Positions 23,380-31,607 of a DNA stretch of 36,637 nucleotides are shown piece after piece. The stretch comes from an uncultured Prevotellaceae bacterium. Its GTDB lineage: Bacteria > Bacteroidota > Bacteroidia > Bacteroidales > Bacteroidaceae. Both the position numbers and the translations under genes were made by a program. The stretch spans positions 1-36,637 of the forward strand of contig CAMWRK010000001.1 of NCBI GenBank assembly GCA_947176655.1, written 5' to 3'. The notes under the pieces are model-generated. The model had not been told where the DNA came from and ran no database searches. It saw only the letters and a program-made list of their open reading frames with translations. The stretch's first letter is position 1. Every line of letters begins with the position of its first letter.

Positions 23380-24780
23380 ATGCTATTCGACAGAGAGACA
23401 TACATACAACGCCGCCGCGTGTTGCGCGAACGTATCGGCAGCGGACTGATTGTTATGACAGGCAACAACCTGTCACCGGTCAACTATCCGGCCAACGCAT
23501 ACCGTTTCCGTCAGGACAGCACATTCCTGTACTACTTCGGGCAGCACCGTGAAGGACTCGTTGGTGTCATCGATGCCGACAGTGGCAGCGAATGGCTCAT
23601 CGGCAACGACATAGACATAGAGGACATCGTGTGGTTCGGTAGCGTGGACAGCGTGGCAGACATGGCACGGCAGAGCGGCGTGGCCAACTCCGCCCCTATG
23701 GCCAGACTGAAAGAACTGACGGACAAAGCAGCGAAACAGGGACGCAGGCTCCACTTCCTGCCCCCATACCGCCACGACCTGATGATACAACTGATGGACC
23801 TCACCGGCATACACCCGTCCGAGCAGAGAGCCAAGGCAAGCACCGAACTCATCATGGCCGTAATAGACCAGCGTGCCGTAAAGTCGGCAGAAGAGATTGC
23901 CGAAATAGAACGTGCATGCGCCATAGGTCATGAAATGCACACCACGGCCATGAAGATGGCACGCCCGGGAATCACGGAACAGGAGATATGCGGTCGCATA
24001 TCCGGCATAGCATCGGCCAAGGGGTGCATGGTGTCATTCTCGCCAATAGTGACAATGCACGGCGAGATCATGCACGGATACCCCAGCACGGCACCTCTGG
24101 AACAGGGACGCCTGCTGCTGTGCGATTGCGGTGCAGAGACCAATGAGAACTACTGTTCCGACCATACGCGAACGACGCCGATTGGCGGACGCTACACACA
24201 ACGCCAGCGCGAGATATACAGCATCGTGGAGGAATGTCACGATCTGGCTCTCTCCGTTGCCGCACCGGGTGTCAAATGGCTGGACGTACACATGGACGTA
24301 TGCCGTCTGATGGCCACACGCCTGAAGGAGCTGGGGCTCATGAAGGGCGATGTGGAAGAGGCCGTGCGTCAGGGCGCACACGCCATGTTCCTGCCCCACG
24401 GACTGGGACACATGATGGGAATGGACGTGCACGATATGGAGGGTCTGGGACAGACCTTCGTGGGTTTCGACGACGAGGTGCGCCCCAACACCGAACAGTT
24501 CGGCACCAACTGTCTGCGCTGCGGACGCAGGCTTCAGGAGGGATGGGTCATGACGGACGAACCGGGCATATACTTCATCCCGGCCCTCATCGACGACTGG
24601 AGGGCACGCGGGCTGCACAAGGACTTCATCAACTATGACCTGCTGGAGACGTACAAGGACTTCGGCGGCATACGCATAGAGGATGATATTCTCATCACCG
24701 GAGACGGATGCCGCTTCATCGGCGACAGGCTGATTCCTTATCACATGGACGAGGTGGAAGCGTTTGTTAATCAACAATAA
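23380..24780 (+). CDS. pepP: Xaa-Pro aminopeptidase (peptidase M24B)
   Basis: ORF 23191..24780. I placed the start at MLFDRETYIQRRR (ATG at 23380). The longer form would overlap the C11 gene and has an Arg/Gly-rich non-protein-like N-terminus. The N-terminal creatinase-like region contains YRFRQDSTFLYYFG. M24 metal-ligand contexts: LCDCGAE, HGLGHMMGMDVHD, EPGIY and GGIRIEDD. Confidence 0.9.
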   Translation: MLFDRETYIQRRRVLRERIGSGLIVMTGNNLSPVNYPANAYRFRQDSTFLYYFGQHREGLVGVIDADSGSEWLIGNDIDIEDIVWFGSVDSVADMARQSGVANSAPMARLKELTDKAAKQGRRLHFLPPYRHDLMIQLMDLTGIHPSEQRAKASTELIMAVIDQRAVKSAEEIAEIERACAIGHEMHTTAMKMARPGITEQEICGRISGIASAKGCMVSFSPIVTMHGEIMHGYPSTAPLEQGRLLLCDCGAETNENYCSDHTRTTPIGGRYTQRQREIYSIVEECHDLALSVAAPGVKWLDVHMDVCRLMATRLKELGLMKGDVEEAVRQGAHAMFLPHGLGHMMGMDVHDMEGLGQTFVGFDDEVRPNTEQFGTNCLRCGRRLQEGWVMTDEPGIYFIPALIDDWRARGLHKDFINYDLLETYKDFGGIRIEDDILITGDGCRFIGDRLIPYHMDEVEAFVNQQ

Positions 24781-24847
24781 TATGTAGAGCGGCTTTCCAT
24801 ATTAATACATTAATTCCACCATTAGCTATATCACTCAAAACTGTAAC

Positions 24848-25195
24848 ATGAAGAAAATACCATTTTATATTGCAGTATTATATTGCATTTGTCTTCATTT
24901 ATATTTGAAGCAACAACATTTAATATCTGCATTTGAGCAAAAAACACCTATATTTTCACAAAATATAGAAGCATTAACACTTGAAGAAGAAAAAGCAGGC
25001 TATGAACGCAGGATTTCTACACTTACCGAAAATATTCGGTATGTCATAAACCCAGAAACGGGAAAAGATTCGGCTGTACTAAATGGTTACATTCATGATG
25101 TTGAATGTAAAGGATTCGGCAACCTTAACTGTAATAGTTTTTCGGACTTCCATGACAAAGACGAGCCGAACAAATGCAAATTCACATGGCTGTAG
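24848..25195 (+). CDS. NVEALA-family-like small membrane-anchored/secreted protein
   Basis: 115-aa ORF in an AT-rich segment. It has an N-terminal hydrophobic anchor (MKKIPFYIAVLYCICLHLYL), then the motif NIEALT-LEEE (nt 24962-24979) at the position where this family carries NVEALA. The C-terminal part contains three Cys (VECKG, LNCNS, NKCKF). Family assignment is recall-based. Confidence 0.6.
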   Translation: MKKIPFYIAVLYCICLHLYLKQQHLISAFEQKTPIFSQNIEALTLEEEKAGYERRISTLTENIRYVINPETGKDSAVLNGYIHDVECKGFGNLNCNSFSDFHDKDEPNKCKFTWL

Positions 25196-25226
25196 CGTTA
25201 TGTAATCATACACGTCTTCTTAACAC

Positions 25227-26393
25227 ATGAGCATGAATACCAAGACATACATTACTGCATTAATCTGCATTATATGCGCGGTATATGCCTGTACAGAAGC
25301 ACGCCATAGCGAAGCACGCATATGTGAAACGGTCAGCAACACACAGTCCAGCGATTATTGTGCAGATACGTTGCTATTCCATGAATGCATGGAAATACAC
25401 TTACAGGACTCCGTACGAGAAGCCTTTGTCAGCAGAATTGACAGGCTTATCATAACTGGCGACACTCTCTATATCACTGATACCAAACAGCGCTCTGTAG
25501 TGGCGTTCAACACCAAGGGAGAATACCTGTTCCGCATCAATCACCGCGGACATGGAAACAAAGAATACACCGATCTGATAGACGTGGCCTACGACAAATG
25601 GAAACATGAACTGCTGTTCCTCGTATACCCCAAGGCAATCTTTCACTACACTCCTGACGGTCGGCACATACGGACAACTCCCGTTGAAGAGGCATACACA
25701 GACATATGCGCAGACTCCACATTCTACTATCTGGCAGAGGAGACGTATACAAATGGGATAATGACAGACAAGGCTCTGGCCATAATGAACAAAAACAGTC
25801 TGAACATAACACGCACTATTGACATCGAACACGAACAAGCTCCGTTCTGCTCCTTGGGGCGTAAGTTGTACTCCGGAGTTGGAGACCGTATATGGTTCAC
25901 ACGCAAGTTCGATTACACGCTATACTCTTTCTCCAATGGCATTGCACTGTCGGATGTTATCGTCAATTATGGCTCCAGGGAGATGGGGTGTCAGGACAGG
26001 AGCACACGATGGGACTGCATGGAACTGGCACGGTATGCAAACGAAAATAACTACGTGTATGGCATGCACAATATCTGTGACGGACAGCATACTATGGTGT
26101 TCTCTACCAATCAAAACGATATTAATGTCATGGACAAGAAGAAGCATAGCAGCATATCATACCGGGGGATAGTACAATCAACATACGGCACCCAGTTGAG
26201 GCACTATGCCGTGATTGACGGTTCCGACGCCAAATGTGTATTCTTCTTTTGGCCGGAAGAGTACGACAGTGCACGCCGATCACTCCGGGAGAATCCGGAT
26301 ATAACCATGAAAGTGAGCACGGAGTACCTTCGTCTGTTGGCGACAACCGATGGACGGCACAATCCGGTTCTCTTCATATACACTCCCAGATAG
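25227..26393 (+). CDS. 6-bladed beta-propeller lipoprotein (BF3164/DUF5128-like), the usual partner of NVEALA genes
   Basis: 388-aa ORF with lipobox AVYAC. The segments GDTLYITDTKQRSVVAFNTKGEYLFRINHRGHGNKEYTDLIDV match my recollection of the G.GP.E-type blade motif of Bacteroides 6-bladed propeller lipoproteins. It sits directly downstream of the NVEALA-like gene. Confidence 0.6.
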   Translation: MSMNTKTYITALICIICAVYACTEARHSEARICETVSNTQSSDYCADTLLFHECMEIHLQDSVREAFVSRIDRLIITGDTLYITDTKQRSVVAFNTKGEYLFRINHRGHGNKEYTDLIDVAYDKWKHELLFLVYPKAIFHYTPDGRHIRTTPVEEAYTDICADSTFYYLAEETYTNGIMTDKALAIMNKNSLNITRTIDIEHEQAPFCSLGRKLYSGVGDRIWFTRKFDYTLYSFSNGIALSDVIVNYGSREMGCQDRSTRWDCMELARYANENNYVYGMHNICDGQHTMVFSTNQNDINVMDKKKHSSISYRGIVQSTYGTQLRHYAVIDGSDAKCVFFFWPEEYDSARRSLRENPDITMKVSTEYLRLLATTDGRHNPVLFIYTPR

Positions 26394-26433
26394 TGCAACC
26401 TTACAACACAAAATACGCCATATAGCACCAGAA

Positions 26434-26459
26434 CACAGACACAGACACAGACACAGACA
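26434..26459. repeat. hexanucleotide microsatellite (CACAGA)x4.3
   Basis: The sequence cacaga cacaga cacaga cacaga ca lies in the 88-bp spacer between the propeller gene stop (26393) and the C1 peptidase ATG (26482). It causes the HRHRHRHR and CVCVCVCV artefact ORFs in the six-frame track. Confidence 0.9.
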
Positions 26460-26481
26460 ACAAACAAAATATCAAAAACCA

Positions 26482-27693
26482 ATGAACAAGTACCTTTTCA
26501 TGGCAGTTTCCGCGATATGCGCCCTGCCCGGAACAGCCCAAGAGGCCAAGAAAGAGATTCCTGCCGATTCTCTCGTATTCACGACAGTACTGGCAAATCC
26601 CGTAACAAGCATCAAGAACCAGAACAACTCCGGTACATGCTGGAGCTACTCAGCTCTGGCTTTTCTGGAGAGCGAGGCTCTGAAGAAAGACCCCTCCAAG
26701 ACCGATCTGGACCTGTGCGAATCATTCCTTGTAAGCAAGACCTACACCGACCGTGCAGACCGTAACGTGCGTACACACGGCGACGCCAGCTTCAGCCAGG
26801 GCGGTTCTTTCTACGATGCCATCTTCTGCATGGAGCGCTACGGTCTGATTCCCGAAGGTATCATGCCCTACCCCATCACCCCCTACGGCGACTCTCTCTT
26901 CAACTTCACAAATTTCTTTCCCCCCATGGAGGCATACGTCAAGAGCATAGCCACAAGCAATGCCAAGAAAATCAACCCCATCTGGAAAAAGGACGTGCAG
27001 GGCATGCTGGACAACTACTTCGGCAAGTGCCCAGAGGAGTTCGAGTATAAGGGCAAGAAGTACACTCCGCAGAGTTTCGTCAAGGAATACCTGAAACTGG
27101 ATCCCAACGACTATGTGTCCCTGACCAGCTATACGCACCACCCCTTCTACACCCCCTTCATTCTGGAAATTCAGGACAACTGGCGCTGGGCGTCAAGCTA
27201 CAACCTGCCTCTCGATGAGTTCATGCGCGTCATGGAGGAGAGCGTAAAGAGCGGCTGGACATTCGCCTGGGGTGCCGACGTGAGCGAAGACGGCTTCAGC
27301 CGCCGCACCGGCAAGAACAAGTGTGTGGCCACCGTGCCCGACACCAAGACGACAAGCGGTGTGGGCAGCGACCAGAGCCGCTGGACTGGCGAGAAGGCCG
27401 GAGCAAAAATTTCACAGAACGACGCTGCCGGCGAAAAGACCATCACCCAGGAAATGCGTCAGGAGGGCTATGACAACTGGACCACGACAGATGACCACGG
27501 TATGCAGATATACGGCATTGCCAAGGACCAGAACGGCAAGGAATACTTCATGATGAAGAACTCATGGGGCGAATACGGCCCCTACAAGGGCTTCTGGTAC
27601 GTGAGCAAGCCCTATGTCGCATACAAGACAATGAACATCGTCATAAACAAGAATGCCATTCCCAAGGACATCCGCAAGAAACTGGGCATATAA
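26482..27693 (+). CDS. secreted papain-superfamily (C1; aminopeptidase C/bleomycin-hydrolase-like) cysteine peptidase
   Basis: ORF 26350..27693. I placed the start at MNKYLFMAVSAICALPGTAQEA (ATG at 26482), a signal peptide. Catalytic Cys context: IKNQNNSGTCWSYSALAFLE. C-terminal His/Asn region: DHGMQIYG...YFMMKNSWG. Confidence 0.85.
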   Translation: MNKYLFMAVSAICALPGTAQEAKKEIPADSLVFTTVLANPVTSIKNQNNSGTCWSYSALAFLESEALKKDPSKTDLDLCESFLVSKTYTDRADRNVRTHGDASFSQGGSFYDAIFCMERYGLIPEGIMPYPITPYGDSLFNFTNFFPPMEAYVKSIATSNAKKINPIWKKDVQGMLDNYFGKCPEEFEYKGKKYTPQSFVKEYLKLDPNDYVSLTSYTHHPFYTPFILEIQDNWRWASSYNLPLDEFMRVMEESVKSGWTFAWGADVSEDGFSRRTGKNKCVATVPDTKTTSGVGSDQSRWTGEKAGAKISQNDAAGEKTITQEMRQEGYDNWTTTDDHGMQIYGIAKDQNGKEYFMMKNSWGEYGPYKGFWYVSKPYVAYKTMNIVINKNAIPKDIRKKLGI

Positions 27694-27711
27694 GACACAA
27701 CCTGCTGCACA

Positions 27712-29436
27712 ATGAACTACATTTGGCACTACAACGAGCCAGAGCGTGACAGTCAGGAAAAAGCCATTTCACTTGCCAAGGAGCTGGGCATCGACCCAGC
27801 CCTTGGCAAACTTCTGCTTGATAGAGACATAACCACGGCGACAGAGGCACGCCGTTTCTTCCGCCCTCAGCTTACGGAACTTCTGGATCCCTTCCTGTTC
27901 AAGGACATGGCTGTGGCCGTAAAGCGTTTGAACGATGCATTGGGACGAAAGGAGAGAATACTGGTATACGGAGACTACGATGTGGACGGTGTGACAGCCG
28001 TGGCGTTGGTATACAAGTTCCTGCAGCAGTACTACTCCAACATTGACTATTACATTCCGGACCGTTACGAAGAGGGATACGGAGTCTCCCGACAGGGAAT
28101 AGACTATGCGGAGGAGACCGGTGTCAGACTGATCATAGTCCTGGACTGTGGAATAAAGGCTATCGAGGAGATAAAGTATGCCCGGGACAAGGGTATAGAC
28201 TTCATTATATGCGACCATCACGTACCTGACAAGGAACTGCCTCCTGCCGTGGCCATACTGAACGCCAAGCGGGAGGATTCGACGTATCCATACGGGGATC
28301 TGTCGGGATGTGGCGTGGGATTCAAACTGATACAGGGTTTTGCAAAAAACAACGGCATAGCGTTCTCGGAACTGATACCGCTGCTGGATCTGTGCGCTGT
28401 CAGCATAGCATCGGACATAGTGCCCATAATGGGCGAGAACCGCATTCTGGCCTTCCACGGCCTGAAACAGCTGAACCAGACGCCCAGCGTGGGCATGAAG
28501 GCCATAATAGATATATGCGGACTGACCGGCAAGGAGATAACGCTCTCCGACGTCATATACAAGATAGGGCCGCGCCTGAATGCCTCTGGAAGGATAGACA
28601 ACGGTCGCGAATCGGTGGAACTGCTGATATGCAGAGATGAGGAACAGGCGGCACACAAGGCGGCTCAGATAAACCACTACAACGAGCAGCGCAAGGATTT
28701 GGACAAGGCCATGACGGAACAGGCCAACCAGATTGTGGAGTCGCTGGTGCACAGGTCGGAACACAAGGCTATCGTCATATACAACGAAGAATGGCACAAG
28801 GGGGTCATTGGCATTGTCGCATCCAGACTGACGGAGATATACTTCCGCCCGGCTGTGGTACTGACACGCGACGGAGATGTGGCCACAGGTTCTGCGCGTT
28901 CCGTGGCCGGTTTCGACATATACAAGGCCATAGAGAGCTGCGAGGACATACTGGAGAACTTCGGTGGCCATACCTACGCATCCGGCCTGACTCTGAAGGC
29001 CGAGAACGTCGGGGAGTTCAAACGCCGTTTCGAGGAATATGTGGACAGCCATATACTGCCGGAACAGACCGACCCTACGCTGGAGGTGGACGGCATGATG
29101 GACTTCAAGGACATCACACGGCAGTTCTTTCTGGATCTTAAACGCTTCCAGCCTTTCGGCCCGGGCAACCCAAAACCGCACTTCTGCACGCACAACGTGT
29201 ACGACTACGGCACAAGCAAGGTAGTTGGACGTGACCAGGAGCACATCAAACTGGAACTCGTGGACAGCAAGAGCGACAACATCATGAACGGCATTGCCTT
29301 CGGGCAAAGTTCGCAGGCAAGATACATCAAGACGAAACGGTCGTTCGACATCGTATACACTATGGAGGAGAATACGTACAAGCGCGGCGAGATACAGTTG
29401 CAGATAGAGGACATAGCACCGTCCGAACAGGACTGA
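27712..29436 (+). CDS. recJ: single-stranded-DNA-specific exonuclease RecJ
   Basis: 574-aa ORF. DHH motifs: ILVYGDYDVDGVTA, DCGI and ICDHH. DHHA1 motif: GGHTYASG. The RecJ N-terminus is typical (LLDRDITTATEARRFFRPQLTELLDPFLFKDM). Confidence 0.9.
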   Translation: MNYIWHYNEPERDSQEKAISLAKELGIDPALGKLLLDRDITTATEARRFFRPQLTELLDPFLFKDMAVAVKRLNDALGRKERILVYGDYDVDGVTAVALVYKFLQQYYSNIDYYIPDRYEEGYGVSRQGIDYAEETGVRLIIVLDCGIKAIEEIKYARDKGIDFIICDHHVPDKELPPAVAILNAKREDSTYPYGDLSGCGVGFKLIQGFAKNNGIAFSELIPLLDLCAVSIASDIVPIMGENRILAFHGLKQLNQTPSVGMKAIIDICGLTGKEITLSDVIYKIGPRLNASGRIDNGRESVELLICRDEEQAAHKAAQINHYNEQRKDLDKAMTEQANQIVESLVHRSEHKAIVIYNEEWHKGVIGIVASRLTEIYFRPAVVLTRDGDVATGSARSVAGFDIYKAIESCEDILENFGGHTYASGLTLKAENVGEFKRRFEEYVDSHILPEQTDPTLEVDGMMDFKDITRQFFLDLKRFQPFGPGNPKPHFCTHNVYDYGTSKVVGRDQEHIKLELVDSKSDNIMNGIAFGQSSQARYIKTKRSFDIVYTMEENTYKRGEIQLQIEDIAPSEQD

Positions 29437-29473
29437 CACACGACTTGGCAAGCAGCCACTAAACACGACACTT

Positions 29474-31408
29474 ATGCCCGAGACCACTAACACACACAGC
29501 CCTTCCGCCCCAGACTGGGCGGAGGGGCTGCTTCGCAAATACTGGGGACATGACTGTTTCCGGGGTATACAGCGCGAGATAATAGACAGTATCCGCGCCG
29601 GCAGAGACACGTTGGGCCTTATGCCTACGGGAGGAGGCAAGAGCATAGCATTCCAGATACCTGCACTGGACATGCCTGGGACGTGTATAGTGGTGACACC
29701 GCTGATAGCATTGATGAAAGACCAGGTGGCGAGACTGCGCCAGCTTGGCATCAAGGCCACGGCGATATACTCGGGAATGAAGCACGACAGCATTATCGCT
29801 GCCATGGAAAACTGCATACTGGGTGACTACAAATTCCTGTACCTGTCACCGGAACGGCTGACCTCGGAACTGTTCCTGGCAAAACTCAGACACATGACAG
29901 TGTCTTTCGTCTGTGTGGACGAGGCGCACTGCATATCGCAATGGGGCTATGACTTCAGGCCGAGCTATCTGGCTCTCGGCATGCTGCGCAAGGAGATACC
30001 GGGAAAAACTTTCCTGGCTCTCACTGCCACGGCAACACCGGAAGTGGCGGACGACATACAGGAGAAACTGGGCTTCGCACGGAAGAACATGTTCAGGATG
30101 AGTTTCGCACGCCCCAACCTTCACTATGCCCTGCTACGCATTTACAACGAGGAGGAGGGGTTGGAACATGTACTCGGAATGTATCAAGGCTCTGCCATTA
30201 TATACACGACACGCAGGCAGAAGGCGGAAGAGACGGCATCCATGCTCTGCCGTAAGGGATATACCGCAGCATTCTTCCACGCAGGACTGCCGGACATGGA
30301 GAAAGACTACCGGCAGCGGGACTGGATAGAGGGGAAGACACGCATAATGGTGGCTACCAACGCCTTCGGCATGGGCATTGACAAGCCGGACGTCAGACTG
30401 GTGGTGCATCTGGAGCCGCCAGATTCACTGGAACAATACTATCAGGAGGCGGGACGCGCGGGACGGGACGGAAAACCATCGCATGCCATACTCTTCTGCA
30501 ACGGCAAGGAAACGGCATCGCTTCAAAGACGCCTGCAGAGAGCCTTCCCTCCGAAAGAAAAAATAGCGGAACTCTATGACCACATCTGCTATTACCTGCA
30601 AATAGCTGAGGGGGACGGCTGTGAACGTGTCAGAGAGTTCAGAGTACACGAGTTCTGCACTAACTTCCACCACAGTTTCGGCGAAGTGCAACCGATGCTG
30701 GCCATTCTGGAACTGGCCGGGTACCTGCGCTTCACCGATGAGGAGGAGACTGCATCGCGTCTGTATATCACCGCCACACGCTCACAGCTGTACTATAATA
30801 TACACGGCGATACGGAACGGCTGTTCAACTATCTGCTGCGCAATCATACCGGCATCTTCCAGGAATTCGTCTACATCGACGAGGCATCGGCGGCAACAGC
30901 CACCGGCATGTCGGCAAGGGAAATATACGAACAGCTTGTTGCGCTTGCCCAGAGACATATAGTAAGGTATATACCGCGCAAAAAAGTCCCCTACCTGACA
31001 CTGACGCGACCGCGCGTGGAGGGCAAGGACATATTCATACCGCCACATGCCTACGAGGACAGGTACGGACGATACAGGAAACGCATCGACAGCATCATCG
31101 ATTACCTGAACGACACGGAACACTGCCGCACATCCATGCTCCTGGAATACTTTGGAGAACATGCCGCACACCGGTGCATGAACTGTGACAACTGTGACAA
31201 GCTGAACCCTCCATCCGTTTCTGATGATACTTACGATGACATTCAGAAGGATATACGTGCACAACTGAGCCAAGGTTCCAAATACGGTTATGCCCTTAAC
31301 CTGTCAAAATACAGGCCGGAGGACATAGAGCACGTCATAAGGGTAATGACAGAAGACGGGGAACTTGTACAGGACGGTCTGAAACTACGGCTTATGGTGG
31401 CAAAATAA
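29474..31408 (+). CDS. recQ: RecQ-family ATP-dependent DNA helicase
   Basis: 644-aa ORF. Motif 0/I: FRGIQREII...MPTGGGKSIAFQIPAL. DEAH box: VCVDEAHCISQWGYDFRPSY. Also LTATAT, VATNAFGMGIDKPDVRLVVH and QEAGRAGRDG. Zn-finger: CRTSMLLEYFGE...CMNCDNC. Confidence 0.85.
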   Translation: MPETTNTHSPSAPDWAEGLLRKYWGHDCFRGIQREIIDSIRAGRDTLGLMPTGGGKSIAFQIPALDMPGTCIVVTPLIALMKDQVARLRQLGIKATAIYSGMKHDSIIAAMENCILGDYKFLYLSPERLTSELFLAKLRHMTVSFVCVDEAHCISQWGYDFRPSYLALGMLRKEIPGKTFLALTATATPEVADDIQEKLGFARKNMFRMSFARPNLHYALLRIYNEEEGLEHVLGMYQGSAIIYTTRRQKAEETASMLCRKGYTAAFFHAGLPDMEKDYRQRDWIEGKTRIMVATNAFGMGIDKPDVRLVVHLEPPDSLEQYYQEAGRAGRDGKPSHAILFCNGKETASLQRRLQRAFPPKEKIAELYDHICYYLQIAEGDGCERVREFRVHEFCTNFHHSFGEVQPMLAILELAGYLRFTDEEETASRLYITATRSQLYYNIHGDTERLFNYLLRNHTGIFQEFVYIDEASAATATGMSAREIYEQLVALAQRHIVRYIPRKKVPYLTLTRPRVEGKDIFIPPHAYEDRYGRYRKRIDSIIDYLNDTEHCRTSMLLEYFGEHAAHRCMNCDNCDKLNPPSVSDDTYDDIQKDIRAQLSQGSKYGYALNLSKYRPEDIEHVIRVMTEDGELVQDGLKLRLMVAK

Positions 31409-31456
31409 CTACTCCTAAACACGCTCTTTCGTTCCATTTTGCAACATGGAGCCAGG

Positions 31457-31480
31457 AAAAAAAACGAAAAAAAAAAAAAA
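31457..31480. repeat. split poly(A) tract A8-CG-A14
   Basis: ggAAAAAAAAcgAAAAAAAAAAAAAAtg lies in the recQ-to-pilus-operon spacer, about 50 nt upstream of the candidate -7 box. Confidence 0.9.
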
Positions 31481-31527
31481 TGCACATTTATTAAACTAAA
31501 TCTGTGTCCGTTATGCAAGATTTTTTA

Positions 31528-31535
31528 TACTTTTG
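31528..31535 (+). promoter_or_regulatory. candidate -7 promoter box (TACTTTTG) for the type V pilus operon
   Basis: TTTTTTATACTTTTGCAC contains a perfect TAnnTTTG 73 nt upstream of the ATG at 31608. No exact -33 TTTG is present at the canonical spacing. Confidence 0.35.
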
Positions 31536-31607
31536 CACTTAATTATGTACATCTTATATTAAAAAAGAGTACAAGGGTAGTACGGTAAAAACAGCATTCG
31601 TAAGACA

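Noticed and set aside
22803-24777. Minus-strand ORFs of 226 aa (22803..23483), 155/130 aa and 247 aa (24034..24777).
   Set aside because: They are antisense to the C11 protease and the M24B aminopeptidase, which have catalytic motifs. The 226-aa ORF would also span the intergenic gap between two plus-strand genes. They are shadow ORFs.
26350-26481. N-terminal extension of the C1 peptidase ORF (MDGTIRFSS...HRHRHRHRQQ...), and the 92-aa minus-strand ORF with CVCVCVCV.
   Set aside because: Both arise from translating the (CACAGA)n microsatellite. The extension overlaps the end of the propeller gene, and the Met at 26482 gives a canonical signal peptide.
27769-29817. Very long (682 aa) minus-strand ORF covering all of recJ and the start of recQ.
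   Set aside because: It is antisense to two genes with unmistakable RecJ (DHH/DHHA1) and RecQ (DEAH) motifs. Its translation is low-complexity (rich in V, L, R, Y, H) with no recognisable domain. This is a typical shadow ORF produced by the codon bias of the sense strand.
27712-31408. Adjacent recJ and recQ as a dedicated or novel system.
   Set aside because: Both are standard RecF-pathway housekeeping genes with complete canonical motifs. Their adjacency is a plausible functional operon, but it is not novel.
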